Shown here: positions 9,701 through 17,599 of the stretch, one piece after another | Layout of the letters: each line of letters begins with the position of its first letter | Position numbering within the stretch: position 1 is the stretch's first letter | Position numbers and translations under genes: made by a program | Origin: a virus | Taxonomy: Duplodnaviria; Caudoviricetes | Virus record (IMG/VR): IMGVR_UViG_3300020193_000026 | Span: 1 to 56,048 of that record | DNA length: 56,048 bases | Reading direction: 5' to 3' (one strand) | Notes under the pieces: generated by a model | Told to the model about the DNA's origin: nothing | Database searches by the model: none | What the model saw: only the letters and a program-made list of their open reading frames with translations

Positions 9701-10908
9701 TGGGATACCGAGCGCATGTATTGCCGGGTGCCAAGTGCAGCCGGGTCTGTATATCTATCGGAGCAGAATCGGAAGTTAATCAGAGCCAAGTCGAAGTCGT
9801 AGACTATAGAGGCAAGGTATATTGCTTTAGGGTCCCCAATCATCTCTTCTTCACACGAAGAAACGGTCGCATCGGAATCCATGGGAACACAGCTGACACC
9901 ATGTCTAAGCTAGCCATCGATAACGTCAAGTTCTATCAACAGTGCATGGCAGATGTGATCAACTTCCAGGTGGTTAGGGAGCTGATGCTGGAAAGCACAT
10001 TCCCATATGACCATTCCGATGATGAACAGCGAGTTGAGTTGCAGTTCAATGAAATCGATCTTGAGTCCCAAATCAAGATGGAAAACCACTTCATGCTTAT
10101 GTACCAGGGGAATACGATTACGGAGACGGAAGCTCGCAGGCACATGGGCAGAGAGCCTTTGAGAGACGACAAGAGAGAAGATACATTCCTGCACAGAATT
10201 GACAAGCCAAGGGTCGAGTGGCAGGTTGAAGCGGATCTCAACAAGGCCAAAGCCCAAGCTGCCAACAAGCAGCAGCCAACCAACCAGCACGGCAAGAAGT
10301 CAGGTCCTACAAAGAGGAAGTCGTCCGTAGAAAGAGACGGTGTCGCGACAGAGGCTTACAACGAGCTGGCAGAGGACATCAGGAGAGCAAGAGGGAGAAC
10401 AGTTAATCTGGGATTCATTAACCAGCTCTTTCTCGCAACAGCAGAGCGGACTAAATCCCTTTTTCAATCCTCAATCGAATCTGCCGTATTCAGAGGATCC
10501 CGCTCTTACCCCCCGTCTTTCGCTCTTCGCCTAGAACTCGAAGCAATCAACAAGCGGATCAGAAGAGACTTTGAAAACGATGTAGATCGCTTATTCAGAG
10601 ATGCTGCTATCGAGACACAAGCGCAATTAATAGAAAAGAAAGCCGACCGTTTGGCAATAGACGTATTAGAATATCGCATGCGATTCATTGAACACACTCT
10701 ACTGCACAAAGCCTATATACTGGGCAAAGTTGCTGCCATGCGTAGCAGTGGCGTCCAGCGAGCAAGAATCAAATCTGACCCAGAGGGTGAAGACTACCAA
10801 ATTTGGCACAATATCGTTATTGATCTGAATGATATCTCACTCGAGAACTTGCCGCCTTACCATCCAAACTGTGAGTGCGACCTAGAACCGGAGCCACTAA
10901 ATGTCTGA
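6784..10908 (+). CDS. Portal protein with two tandem inteins and a C-terminal MuF/gp7-like motif (about 675 aa after splicing)
   Basis: Sits between terminase and prohead protease. Portal-like segments FAPEDVVHFH, GTPSWVPVLDDI, YQGNTITETEARRHMGREPL. The spliced junction reads GYGD-TSNRA-TAD. C-terminal LPPYHPNCEC. Confidence 0.88.
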   Translation: MEDIIELDRPVRDLQEVKPSINLMKALSPAIKRPTFTYRLPANSNTRKSGEAWYPAEYDFVDIGMAEDTDSFVYQANFKKLALAIKAGWAFVSRDQTSLDYIKRRISEIEIAQGQSFWALQVEVLSNLLRYHNCFLIKARDISTSSGKVRNVDGFKLKPIAGYFVASPETMLFQIGKDYHIKGYKHIMPDGREKVFAPEDVVHFHIYRKTHHLAGTPSWVPVLDDITALRRIEENIENLVHQHIHPLFQYKVGTEQAPMKRYEDGLTECDVVRAKIQDMANDGMIITPERHEIKGLGSESRALRAETYLEYFKKRVISGAGLSELDFGYGDCYDALTETLTETGWKRHWEIDHTVEKIATFNPETSKIEFHLPNYKYEAQYVGDMIQFRGKHIDIKVTPNHKMWARARNVGSQWQKVEAHELYHGKWSEFYLLESAEFDSQDINERFTIKAEKQKRGPAPTAVDCDLESFAKVLGYFVSEGCLDKGRARNGAYRINISQNRGESFDRIVEAISDCGLSFSTYFHHSRPDEGHITIYGKTLYHWLEQHIAHGARNKNLPQMVLGWPKLARNALLEALIDGDGTVDKNEGATNRTYYTTSSQLANDVQVLALSLGLKAKVKLTRQSSEAYGESIYRVHISGRAGEENSRIVTMDMISKVACDEPIYCYNVPNHLFLTRRNGKVTVQGNTSNRACYSEDTETLTENGWKHYSEILPGEKIATFNPANNQLEYHEPDGGIFLYDYEGPMYHFKNRNVDTLVTPDHDMWVEHRLWKRSEWTKVHAEDIKFERFGFRTGGIEWAGVDPGDFLLPHVPYGPNVKCPNQGPFERIDISDWLEFLGYYVSEGYLAKARNKWAVTISQNSVVNAAKTEKIRRCLTRLPFKFNEYTDSNDHTTRFWIHCKSLYLYLQENCKDHSYLKQFPEEILSYSEEYLRIAFEAAMAGDGTSDGREGGSSRTYYSTSDNLIDQMQEIAIKLGYRAHVLPGAKCSRVCISIGAESEVNQSQVEVVDYRGKVYCFRVPNHLFFTRRNGRIGIHGNTADTMSKLAIDNVKFYQQCMADVINFQVVRELMLESTFPYDHSDDEQRVELQFNEIDLESQIKMENHFMLMYQGNTITETEARRHMGREPLRDDKREDTFLHRIDKPRVEWQVEADLNKAKAQAANKQQPTNQHGKKSGPTKRKSSVERDGVATEAYNELAEDIRRARGRTVNLGFINQLFLATAERTKSLFQSSIESAVFRGSRSYPPSFALRLELEAINKRIRRDFENDVDRLFRDAAIETQAQLIEKKADRLAIDVLEYRMRFIEHTLLHKAYILGKVAAMRSSGVQRARIKSDPEGEDYQIWHNIVIDLNDISLENLPPYHPNCECDLEPEPLNV
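7777..8841 (+). mobile_element. Portal intein 1 with LAGLIDADG endonuclease (355 aa)
   Basis: Begins CYDALTETLT; block B VTPNHKM; motifs VLGYFVSEG and LLEALIDGDG; ends RRNGKVTVQGN followed by Thr+1. Confidence 0.92.
8857..9888 (+). mobile_element. Portal intein 2 with LAGLIDADG endonuclease (344 aa)
   Basis: Begins CYSEDTETLT; block B VTPDHDM; motifs FLGYYVSEG and FEAAMAGDG; ends RRNGRIGIHGN followed by Thr+1. Confidence 0.92.
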
Positions 10909-12793
10909 CATCATACACCCATCTAAATGGGCAAAGCCCATTGTTGACTTCAGAGACTTCTCAAGCTTTGTCGCTACCCCAATAGCTATCGAGCCCGGTA
11001 AGCAGCGTCTCTTCGAGACAAAAGACAGCACCGAGCCTTCTGGATACCGTCTACGTGCAAAGGTTAGAATGACCTTTGCGGGGATTCGGACAAGGAACAG
11101 GGCCGTCTACCTTCCCGACGAGCACTACAAGTCTGCTATCAGCTTCATCAAACCATACCCAAAGCCGATTCAGCTTCACCATCAGGATGATAAAGATCCT
11201 ATCGGTCGTGTTATAGATGTAAGATACGTTGATACCGCAAACGAAGCAATCAATGTTGACAGCAGAGTAGGCGGCATCATGAAGGTCTTTAAGGACTCAA
11301 AGTCTAAGCCGATCTCACGTCTCGCCACAATCCCCACATTCCTGAGTATGTCCCAGAATGATCAGTATCATGGCGTGGGGCATATCCTCGGACTGTGGGA
11401 CGTGACAGATCCTGATGCAATCCGCAAGATTCTGGACGGAAGATATCTCACAGTCTCAACAGGAATGGCTCCCAGAAACTGCTACTGTTCATCATGTGCA
11501 TTACAGGGAGAGCTAATCGACTGGACGAAGCAGGTTTGCGATCACGAGCCTGGAGAGATAGTCGACGGTGTTGAGTGCGTAAAGATCCCGACAAATTATT
11601 ACTGGGAGGAAGTTTCCCCTGTTAATCACCCAGCAGCACAGCAGGCTCGGATCATTGAGGTCGGAAACGAATTGAGCTTCGCAGATGCTGTGCGGAGAGT
11701 CGAGCCAGTCGCGCATACAATCTTTGAAGACTTTGTCGCAGTGAAGAATGATACTGTTGTCAGGCTAACAGATTCAGCAAATCCCCAGGGGGCTGATCTT
11801 TTTGATTGGACAAACGTAAATAAGTTGGATAACAATGCAAATACCCCACACATTCGCCAAGCTAATGTAATTGGAGAAATTAAACAAGATCGGGGACTTG
11901 ACCAAAAAGGACTAACAATGAAACTAACTGAACTTACAAAGGATACAGCCTCCAATTATGAGGCAATCGCAAAGCACCTTGAGGGTGCTGCACGCCTCAC
12001 TGGCGATCTTTTGAAGGACCTCGAGGACTCCGTCTTCATCGGCCCAAACCGCACGTTCCCAATCCGTGACCTAAAGCACGCAGAAGCGATTAGGTCATTA
12101 CTCAGCGAAGTTGAGGACTCAGATTCTAAGGCGGCTATCCTGGAGTCCCTGGACGACAAGGTCGCATCCTTCACCCCCGCTCAGGTCTCTGCAGAAGAAC
12201 CAACAGAGACTAGCGTCGAAGACTCGGCGGCCGAAAGAGAGGGACCTGTATCAGATACGGTCTCGATCACCAAAGAAGCCCTTGCTCTCTATGAAGCAAA
12301 TGCGGAGAAGATCGCGGATCTGACGGCAGAGAGGGATATCCTAAAGCAGCGTGTCGCCTCCTTGAAGGCTGAGGCCCAGTCATTAGTGGCTTCGCAAGCC
12401 GACACCCTAAAAGCCTATAAGGGCATGCTGGCGGATGCCCTTGTGGATGCACAGCTCTCACATGGCTTCAAGATCGAAGACAAGGTCGAGATGGCCAGAT
12501 TGTTCTCCGAGCGGAGCATTGACTCGCTGAGAAATTCACTACAAGACCTAAAGGCCCAGGCCGTAAGTGGAACATCTCGTAAGCCAACCGGTGAGCGTGT
12601 TGAAGACCCTAGAACCACAGATTCGACAGAACCGAGAGAGCAGGCAGAGAGCGCAGATAAGTCACGCTACGCAAGCATTCTCAGTCGTTATTATGAACTA
12701 TACTATGGCCCCCAGGGCGGACCGATTAGAGCAAATCAATATCTTCAGGATGCGCGTGTAAGGGGACTAATCCCAGCTAACGTACAGCCATAA
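10901..12793 (+). CDS. Prohead maturation protease with C-terminal scaffold-like coiled coil
   Basis: KPIQLHHQD..DPIGRV (His), YLTVSTG (Ser), CSSC..CDH and EEVSPVNHPA are typical of HK97-type prohead proteases. Acidic coiled-coil C-terminal half; lies between portal and capsid genes. Confidence 0.8.
   Translation: MSDIIHPSKWAKPIVDFRDFSSFVATPIAIEPGKQRLFETKDSTEPSGYRLRAKVRMTFAGIRTRNRAVYLPDEHYKSAISFIKPYPKPIQLHHQDDKDPIGRVIDVRYVDTANEAINVDSRVGGIMKVFKDSKSKPISRLATIPTFLSMSQNDQYHGVGHILGLWDVTDPDAIRKILDGRYLTVSTGMAPRNCYCSSCALQGELIDWTKQVCDHEPGEIVDGVECVKIPTNYYWEEVSPVNHPAAQQARIIEVGNELSFADAVRRVEPVAHTIFEDFVAVKNDTVVRLTDSANPQGADLFDWTNVNKLDNNANTPHIRQANVIGEIKQDRGLDQKGLTMKLTELTKDTASNYEAIAKHLEGAARLTGDLLKDLEDSVFIGPNRTFPIRDLKHAEAIRSLLSEVEDSDSKAAILESLDDKVASFTPAQVSAEEPTETSVEDSAAEREGPVSDTVSITKEALALYEANAEKIADLTAERDILKQRVASLKAEAQSLVASQADTLKAYKGMLADALVDAQLSHGFKIEDKVEMARLFSERSIDSLRNSLQDLKAQAVSGTSRKPTGERVEDPRTTDSTEPREQAESADKSRYASILSRYYELYYGPQGGPIRANQYLQDARVRGLIPANVQP
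11918..12793 (+). CDS. Putative nested in-frame scaffolding protein (291 aa)
   Basis: In-frame ATG (MKLTELTK) preceded by AAAAGGA RBS in an AT-rich stretch, at the boundary between the protease and coiled-coil regions. Confidence 0.5.
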   Translation: MKLTELTKDTASNYEAIAKHLEGAARLTGDLLKDLEDSVFIGPNRTFPIRDLKHAEAIRSLLSEVEDSDSKAAILESLDDKVASFTPAQVSAEEPTETSVEDSAAEREGPVSDTVSITKEALALYEANAEKIADLTAERDILKQRVASLKAEAQSLVASQADTLKAYKGMLADALVDAQLSHGFKIEDKVEMARLFSERSIDSLRNSLQDLKAQAVSGTSRKPTGERVEDPRTTDSTEPREQAESADKSRYASILSRYYELYYGPQGGPIRANQYLQDARVRGLIPANVQP

Positions 12794-12813
12794 TTTTGGA
12801 GGACATTTAAGAA

Positions 12814-13950
12814 ATGGCAGTTTACAACCCAACAATTAAGAGGTACGCAAGAGACTTCGGTACGATGGTCCCAAATGTGGAATTCTGTCCAACAGAATAT
12901 CCTCGTTTGCATGCACACGTAGCCCCATACTTGCCGCTTCAGCTTTTTATGGAAAAGCACAGTGAGTACTATGTTGTCCTTCAGGGCAAGGTAGTCGCCC
13001 TTGACAGCATGGGCTTCCTCGTCCCAGCAGGCTACGCCATTGAGCAGGAAGCCGCGGAGGGCCTAGCGAACTGGGGCAGTGGTAACGTTGACTTCAGATC
13101 AGCAAACGCCAACGCCGACTTCATCCGCTACGCTCAGGCAGACGTTGACAACCTCGTAAAGAACTCACGCGGTGTCCTCGTGACGCTGAATGAGCCAGTT
13201 GTCTATTCAATGATCCGCAAGGGTGGTGTTGCACTTCAGGCCTATGACGACAGTGACGCAACTGTGGACTGCAACGGCGTTATGACGTTTGCGGTCACGA
13301 TTGGTGATCACATCGGCTGCGCATCTGGATCGTGGCTCCGCACTTCGATGGATACCATCAGCCGCGCCGCAAATGCCCACCTGTTCAATACTGGAGCAGC
13401 GACAGGCATGGAGGCTCGCAAGGCTGAGGACGACGGCACTCTCGAGCGCAATGAGCACTGGCGTCTACAGATGGAGCCCAAGACTGTTCGTACGAACTAC
13501 TGCTTGGTCCTCCCTGTAGTAGATAGCTACGATCCGCTGATCGCTGGTCAGGTGGTGGCTGTTGCCGATGATATCAATGATTTTGCTCGTGGCGCCCGTG
13601 TCACCTTCAATCGCGACTCGAACATCATCGTGGCAGAGCCGGATGCCGTTACGGTTGGCAGCCTGGCCGGCGACGATGCCGCAGACCAGGTCAATGTCCA
13701 GGCGGCCATCGACGCGACCATCGCAAGCCTCAAGAAGTATCACAGCCGTATCGTTGGCCAGGTCATCAAGATCGACACTCGTCATCCGAAGTCACTCCTG
13801 GATAAGGTGAAGACTCGCTGGGATGCATCGATTCCTGGCTTCGAGACCGTGGACCGCATGCCAGGCTCCGCAACCAGTGGCTACCCAGACAACATGCACA
13901 AGGCACAGTCAACAATGGGCGAAGTCGTAATCAGCCTATTCATGCGCTAA
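12814..13950 (+). CDS. Head decoration or minor capsid protein
   Basis: 378 aa, strong GGAGG RBS, C-ending codon bias like the capsid gene, located between protease and MCP. Confidence 0.6.
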   Translation: MAVYNPTIKRYARDFGTMVPNVEFCPTEYPRLHAHVAPYLPLQLFMEKHSEYYVVLQGKVVALDSMGFLVPAGYAIEQEAAEGLANWGSGNVDFRSANANADFIRYAQADVDNLVKNSRGVLVTLNEPVVYSMIRKGGVALQAYDDSDATVDCNGVMTFAVTIGDHIGCASGSWLRTSMDTISRAANAHLFNTGAATGMEARKAEDDGTLERNEHWRLQMEPKTVRTNYCLVLPVVDSYDPLIAGQVVAVADDINDFARGARVTFNRDSNIIVAEPDAVTVGSLAGDDAADQVNVQAAIDATIASLKKYHSRIVGQVIKIDTRHPKSLLDKVKTRWDASIPGFETVDRMPGSATSGYPDNMHKAQSTMGEVVISLFMR

Positions 13951-13963
13951 GGAGTAAAACAAG

Positions 13964-15271
13964 ATGGCTATTAGAGATTTAAATCAGCTCAGAAAGATGC
14001 CATTCCACGAAGTGGACGCAAAGGCTGATGTAAAGTTTAAGGACTTTGAATATGCGTGGCGTTCGCCAGCGCATCAGCTTCCAGATGGCAAACCACTACA
14101 GATGAAGGACGTCTTGACGATGTGGGAGTCGCCTCTGTGGGTCCCCAAGGTCATTAATAACAACATGCAGGAAGCTATTGAGCCTATGCTCATTGCCACA
14201 AACATGTTGCAGCGTCTTCCATTCAATGGTTATGGCACCTTCGTCGACATGCCAGTAATGGGTGCCGTAGATGGTGACTTCGAGGTTGGCGAACTGGAGG
14301 CGTATCCTGAGTTGCGTGTGACCTACGGGCCAGCAGCTCAGATCGCCAACGCGCCAGCCAAGTACGGTCTCGCCGTGAAGTTCTCGGACGAAGTACTTCG
14401 TTACTCTCAGTTCGACGTAATCACAATGGCAACCCGTCAGGCCGCACGCGCTCTGGCCCGCAACAAGGAAGAGAAGATCTGGAACATGTGGAGCAAGCTT
14501 GCTCGTGTTACCCACGACAACCTTATGCCATTGAACTCGGCTTTCGGGACGACAACTGGTCGTGATCTAACGGGCGCCCAGAACGGAACTCTCACAATGG
14601 ATGACATCTTTGAGATGTACGCTCAGGTCCTTGCTCATGGTTACACACCTGACTTGATGTTTGTGCACCCACTAACCTGGATGATGTTCCTTCAGGATGC
14701 TCAGCTCCGTCAGTTCGCTCTTGTTAATCAGTCAGCATGGTACCCGCAGCAGTTCAACGGAAACCCTGCATTCCAGCAGTGGCCAGGTGGCTTCGGTGGG
14801 CGTGCGCTACCAGGGGGCGAGTACCGTTCGTGGCCAAATAGCGCCCACACTCCTAAGAGTGGAGATGGTGATGCCCTTCCGATCGGTGCAGATGGTGAGT
14901 ACCAGAACTTGCAGGCATCTCCTGTCCTGCCAAGCTACCTTGGACTCCCGTTCCGTATTGTTGTAAGCCCTTGGGTTCCTTACGATGTGGCTTCGAACAC
15001 CACGAGCATCATCATGGCAGACAGCAAGGAGCTTGGTTATTACATTGAAGAGCACGGGCCGAAGTCGAACGAATGGACTGATCCCGAGACCGATATCCTG
15101 AAGATCAAGATCTCTGAGCGTTACTTGATCCGTCCGAAGGATAGAGGCCTTGGTTTGGCGATCGCGAAGAACATTGTCGTAGACAGCAACAAGATCATCC
15201 TCCCAGCAATGGCACAGATTGATGTGGCCGGTAGTATCAGTGCTGCAACCCGTAACGTAGCTGTTCCCTAA
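13964..15271 (+). CDS. Major capsid protein (HK97-like fold)
   Basis: 435 aa with AAGGAG RBS and biased codons. Motifs EVGELEAYPE, KYGLAVKFSDE, ARALARNKEEKI, PDLMFVHPL, KISERY. Followed by a terminator. Confidence 0.88.
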   Translation: MAIRDLNQLRKMPFHEVDAKADVKFKDFEYAWRSPAHQLPDGKPLQMKDVLTMWESPLWVPKVINNNMQEAIEPMLIATNMLQRLPFNGYGTFVDMPVMGAVDGDFEVGELEAYPELRVTYGPAAQIANAPAKYGLAVKFSDEVLRYSQFDVITMATRQAARALARNKEEKIWNMWSKLARVTHDNLMPLNSAFGTTTGRDLTGAQNGTLTMDDIFEMYAQVLAHGYTPDLMFVHPLTWMMFLQDAQLRQFALVNQSAWYPQQFNGNPAFQQWPGGFGGRALPGGEYRSWPNSAHTPKSGDGDALPIGADGEYQNLQASPVLPSYLGLPFRIVVSPWVPYDVASNTTSIIMADSKELGYYIEEHGPKSNEWTDPETDILKIKISERYLIRPKDRGLGLAIAKNIVVDSNKIILPAMAQIDVAGSISAATRNVAVP

Positions 15272-15280
15272 CTAGTTAGG
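15267..15280. repeat. Perfect 14-bp palindrome CCTAACTAGTTAGG overlapping the MCP stop codon
   Basis: Read directly from the sequence; a near-identical palindrome lies at 15829..15842. Confidence 0.7.
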
Positions 15281-15294
15281 CTGAACTGAATATT

Positions 15295-15330
15295 GGGGCC
15301 CTCGCCTGATAAGGTGTCAGGGCCCTTTTC
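15295..15330 (+). terminator. Intrinsic terminator after the MCP
   Basis: GGGCCCT-CGCCT-GATA-AGGTG-TC-AGGGCCC followed by TTTT. Confidence 0.7.
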
Positions 15331-15344
15331 ATTAGGAGTGAAAA

Positions 15345-15833
15345 ATGTCACAGGTTGATTATTCAAGAAAAGCAATTGTCGAAAGAGTCGACGATTTAGA
15401 GGATGACGCAGCAGCAGCAAGCAATCGTAATGACGCTCTTGAGTCAGATGTTGCGGACCTGCAGGTTGGCCTTATCTACGCGTCTTTGTCAGCTGCCGCT
15501 GAGATAGCCAATGTCCGTGCGGTCACAATTCAGGCGAAGGACTTCACCGGAACCAACGTTGCAGCAGCCTGCAAGTTTCATTGTCAGGTATTTGACGGGA
15601 ACATGTTGGCGGCCGTTGTTGGCTCTTGGCGCTTGGCAGAGACAGGTGCGGGATTAGAAATTACCGCAACAGCAAAGCCGTCTCTAATTGTCCAGACTGA
15701 TGCCAATGGCGTAGCCGTGGTCTCGGTCACAGACGTTGGTGGCGCTTCAAACACGACTGTATACCTGAAGGTTAGTCCGTTGGGTCTCTTCGGTCGCGAT
15801 GAGTATGTTGCGCTAACCTTCGATAACGCCTAA
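15345..15833 (+). CDS. Virion accessory protein (N-terminal coiled coil plus Ig-like domain)
   Basis: 162 aa with AGGAG RBS. Heptad repeat followed by a beta-rich domain containing VQTDANGVAVVSV (Big_1-like). Confidence 0.55.
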   Translation: MSQVDYSRKAIVERVDDLEDDAAAASNRNDALESDVADLQVGLIYASLSAAAEIANVRAVTIQAKDFTGTNVAAACKFHCQVFDGNMLAAVVGSWRLAETGAGLEITATAKPSLIVQTDANGVAVVSVTDVGGASNTTVYLKVSPLGLFGRDEYVALTFDNA

Positions 15834-15842
15834 TTAATTAGG
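15829..15842. repeat. Perfect 14-bp palindrome CCTAATTAATTAGG overlapping a stop codon
   Basis: Read directly from the sequence; compensatory variant of 15267..15280. Confidence 0.7.
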
Positions 15843-15850
15843 TTTAGTAC

Positions 15851-15880
15851 TGGACAAGGTTAATTCAGCAGACATATACT
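15851..15880 (+). promoter_or_regulatory. Putative sigma70-type promoter
   Basis: TGGACA-N18-TATACT in the intergenic region upstream of 15912. Confidence 0.45.
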
Positions 15881-15911
15881 TACTCTGGTTAACCTCGATT
15901 GGAGTAAATAT

Positions 15912-16451
15912 ATGCATATCTATCTAAATTCCTCACGCGCCTTTTGGCAAATCCCAGATACCAACATCACTTTGATGAAAGTCAAGCCTCTGAGAGAAAT
16001 CTCAGAGGCTGAACTGTCTTCTCTGTCTCCTGAGCAAAGGGCCGTTCTGGACAGGTCATTGGAAGCAGGAGTCGTGAGCCAGGTCAATGACCCGGACAGC
16101 CTTCTTAAGCTCACGGGAGCCGGTGATTTGGACATCTTATCCCTATCTGCAGCAGAAATTCAGCGTAAACATATTTCGAGAATTGTGTTAAAAGGCAGAG
16201 ATACCCTTCCTGAATTACAGTCTTTGCTTGAGAGAGAGAAGGCAAAGACTTCTCCTCGCGAGGACGTCCTTACTGTCATCAGATATGGAATGGAGCGCAT
16301 CCGTTCTGCCTACCCAGAACCCTTAGAGGATAAGTTCTATCGAGAGATAGAGATTATTGAGGATATTATTGAGCCAGAGGTCCCGGCGGAAGCCCCTAAG
16401 AAGAAGGGCCGCGCAAGAACTAACAAACTGGTGGATACGGAGACTAACTAA
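15912..16451 (+). CDS. Hypothetical protein
   Basis: 179 aa with GGAG RBS; acidic then basic C-terminal tail. Confidence 0.6.
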   Translation: MHIYLNSSRAFWQIPDTNITLMKVKPLREISEAELSSLSPEQRAVLDRSLEAGVVSQVNDPDSLLKLTGAGDLDILSLSAAEIQRKHISRIVLKGRDTLPELQSLLEREKAKTSPREDVLTVIRYGMERIRSAYPEPLEDKFYREIEIIEDIIEPEVPAEAPKKKGRARTNKLVDTETN

Positions 16452-16453
16452 CG

Positions 16454-17035
16454 ATGAAGCAGCCCTATTTAAACTCGTTAATGGCAACCCTCCTCGCCGA
16501 ACCCTCGTTTATCGCAGGCGGTTTCGGTGATAATAACGTCAATGCTACGATCACTGAAACAAAGACTTTTCTGAGGAACTCGGCAGATGAAGACTCGGAC
16601 GTTCTCTTCACCAGAGAGATAGAGAAGAACGCAGCCGGAGATGTCCTTTCTATCTCGGCCTGGTCTATCACGAACGCACCGACGATAACCGATGTTGTCA
16701 CAGATCAAATTGATGACGCAACAATAGCCGGGTTGGGGACCACAGGGCTTACCATCACAGGCACAAATTTTGGCGCCGAAGATGGAGATATCGAGGTCTA
16801 TGTCTTTGTTAGACAAAAGAATAAGATTGACTGTATCGCGCCTACTGCATTTAAGAATCGCATTCGAATCCCCGCTACTATAACAAATATAGCAGTGGGT
16901 GATAATGAAATCACGGCTGAGGTCACGCTGGAGAGCCTATATGGCTACGACCCAGGACCAGGACCCTGTGAGGTCCTGGTCTTCAACAATAAGCGCCTCC
17001 TCGTCTCAGAAGAGTTTGCGTTAACGGTACCGTAA
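16454..17035 (+). CDS. Ig-like (IPT/TIG-type) domain virion protein
   Basis: PTITDVV...LTITGTNFG pattern typical of IPT/TIG domains. Confidence 0.55.
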   Translation: MKQPYLNSLMATLLAEPSFIAGGFGDNNVNATITETKTFLRNSADEDSDVLFTREIEKNAAGDVLSISAWSITNAPTITDVVTDQIDDATIAGLGTTGLTITGTNFGAEDGDIEVYVFVRQKNKIDCIAPTAFKNRIRIPATITNIAVGDNEITAEVTLESLYGYDPGPGPCEVLVFNNKRLLVSEEFALTVP

Positions 17036-17036
17036 A

Positions 17037-17489
17037 ATGCGCAGACATTCGTATCTTCGGGCGGGGGCACTCAGCTCTCAGGGCGGTTCGTCGGGAGGCA
17101 CGATTATTATCACCCCTGGTGAGGATGGGATCTGGACTTGCAATCCAAGTCTTGCCTTAAACTCCCTTGTTTACATCTCGGCCTCAAACACAGTTGACGA
17201 GGCATCTGCCTCGTCAGAAGACACGATGACAGCGATAGGATTCGCCACTACCAAGAACGGTTCGGCCTGCAGTGTTCAGTCTGCAGGAGAACTCCCTGGC
17301 TTTAACGGTTTACTCCCGGGCCGGACCTATTATGCAGGCAAAGAGCCAGGTACAATTTGGACCCCGACAGAAGAAGATGAAACTTTTCCTCTCGTCATAC
17401 AGGTCGTGGGTAAGGCAAAAACTGATGAAGTTCTGCTAGTTATGATCAACCCGGGCCCATTCGTCTTAGTTCCTCCAATATCCCCTTAA
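17037..17489 (+). CDS. Capsid cement / head-fibre anchor-like protein
   Basis: Pattern VYIS...AIGFA...GLLPGRTYY...PG...QVVGKA...LLV, similar to the C-terminal domain of 17600..19321. Confidence 0.5.
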   Translation: MRRHSYLRAGALSSQGGSSGGTIIITPGEDGIWTCNPSLALNSLVYISASNTVDEASASSEDTMTAIGFATTKNGSACSVQSAGELPGFNGLLPGRTYYAGKEPGTIWTPTEEDETFPLVIQVVGKAKTDEVLLVMINPGPFVLVPPISP

Positions 17490-17599
17490 AATACAAGCCT
17501 GCATAGTTATTGGTTCCCTGAAGCTTGGCGAGCACATTTCGTGCTGGTTGTCAAGTAACTTTCTTATAGTGCTTATAAGGTATAAGCGGGGAGACACAA

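Noticed and set aside
11802-11836. Possible sigma70 promoter upstream of the nested scaffold start (TGGACA...TAACAAT)
   Set aside because: The -10 match is poor at acceptable spacing.
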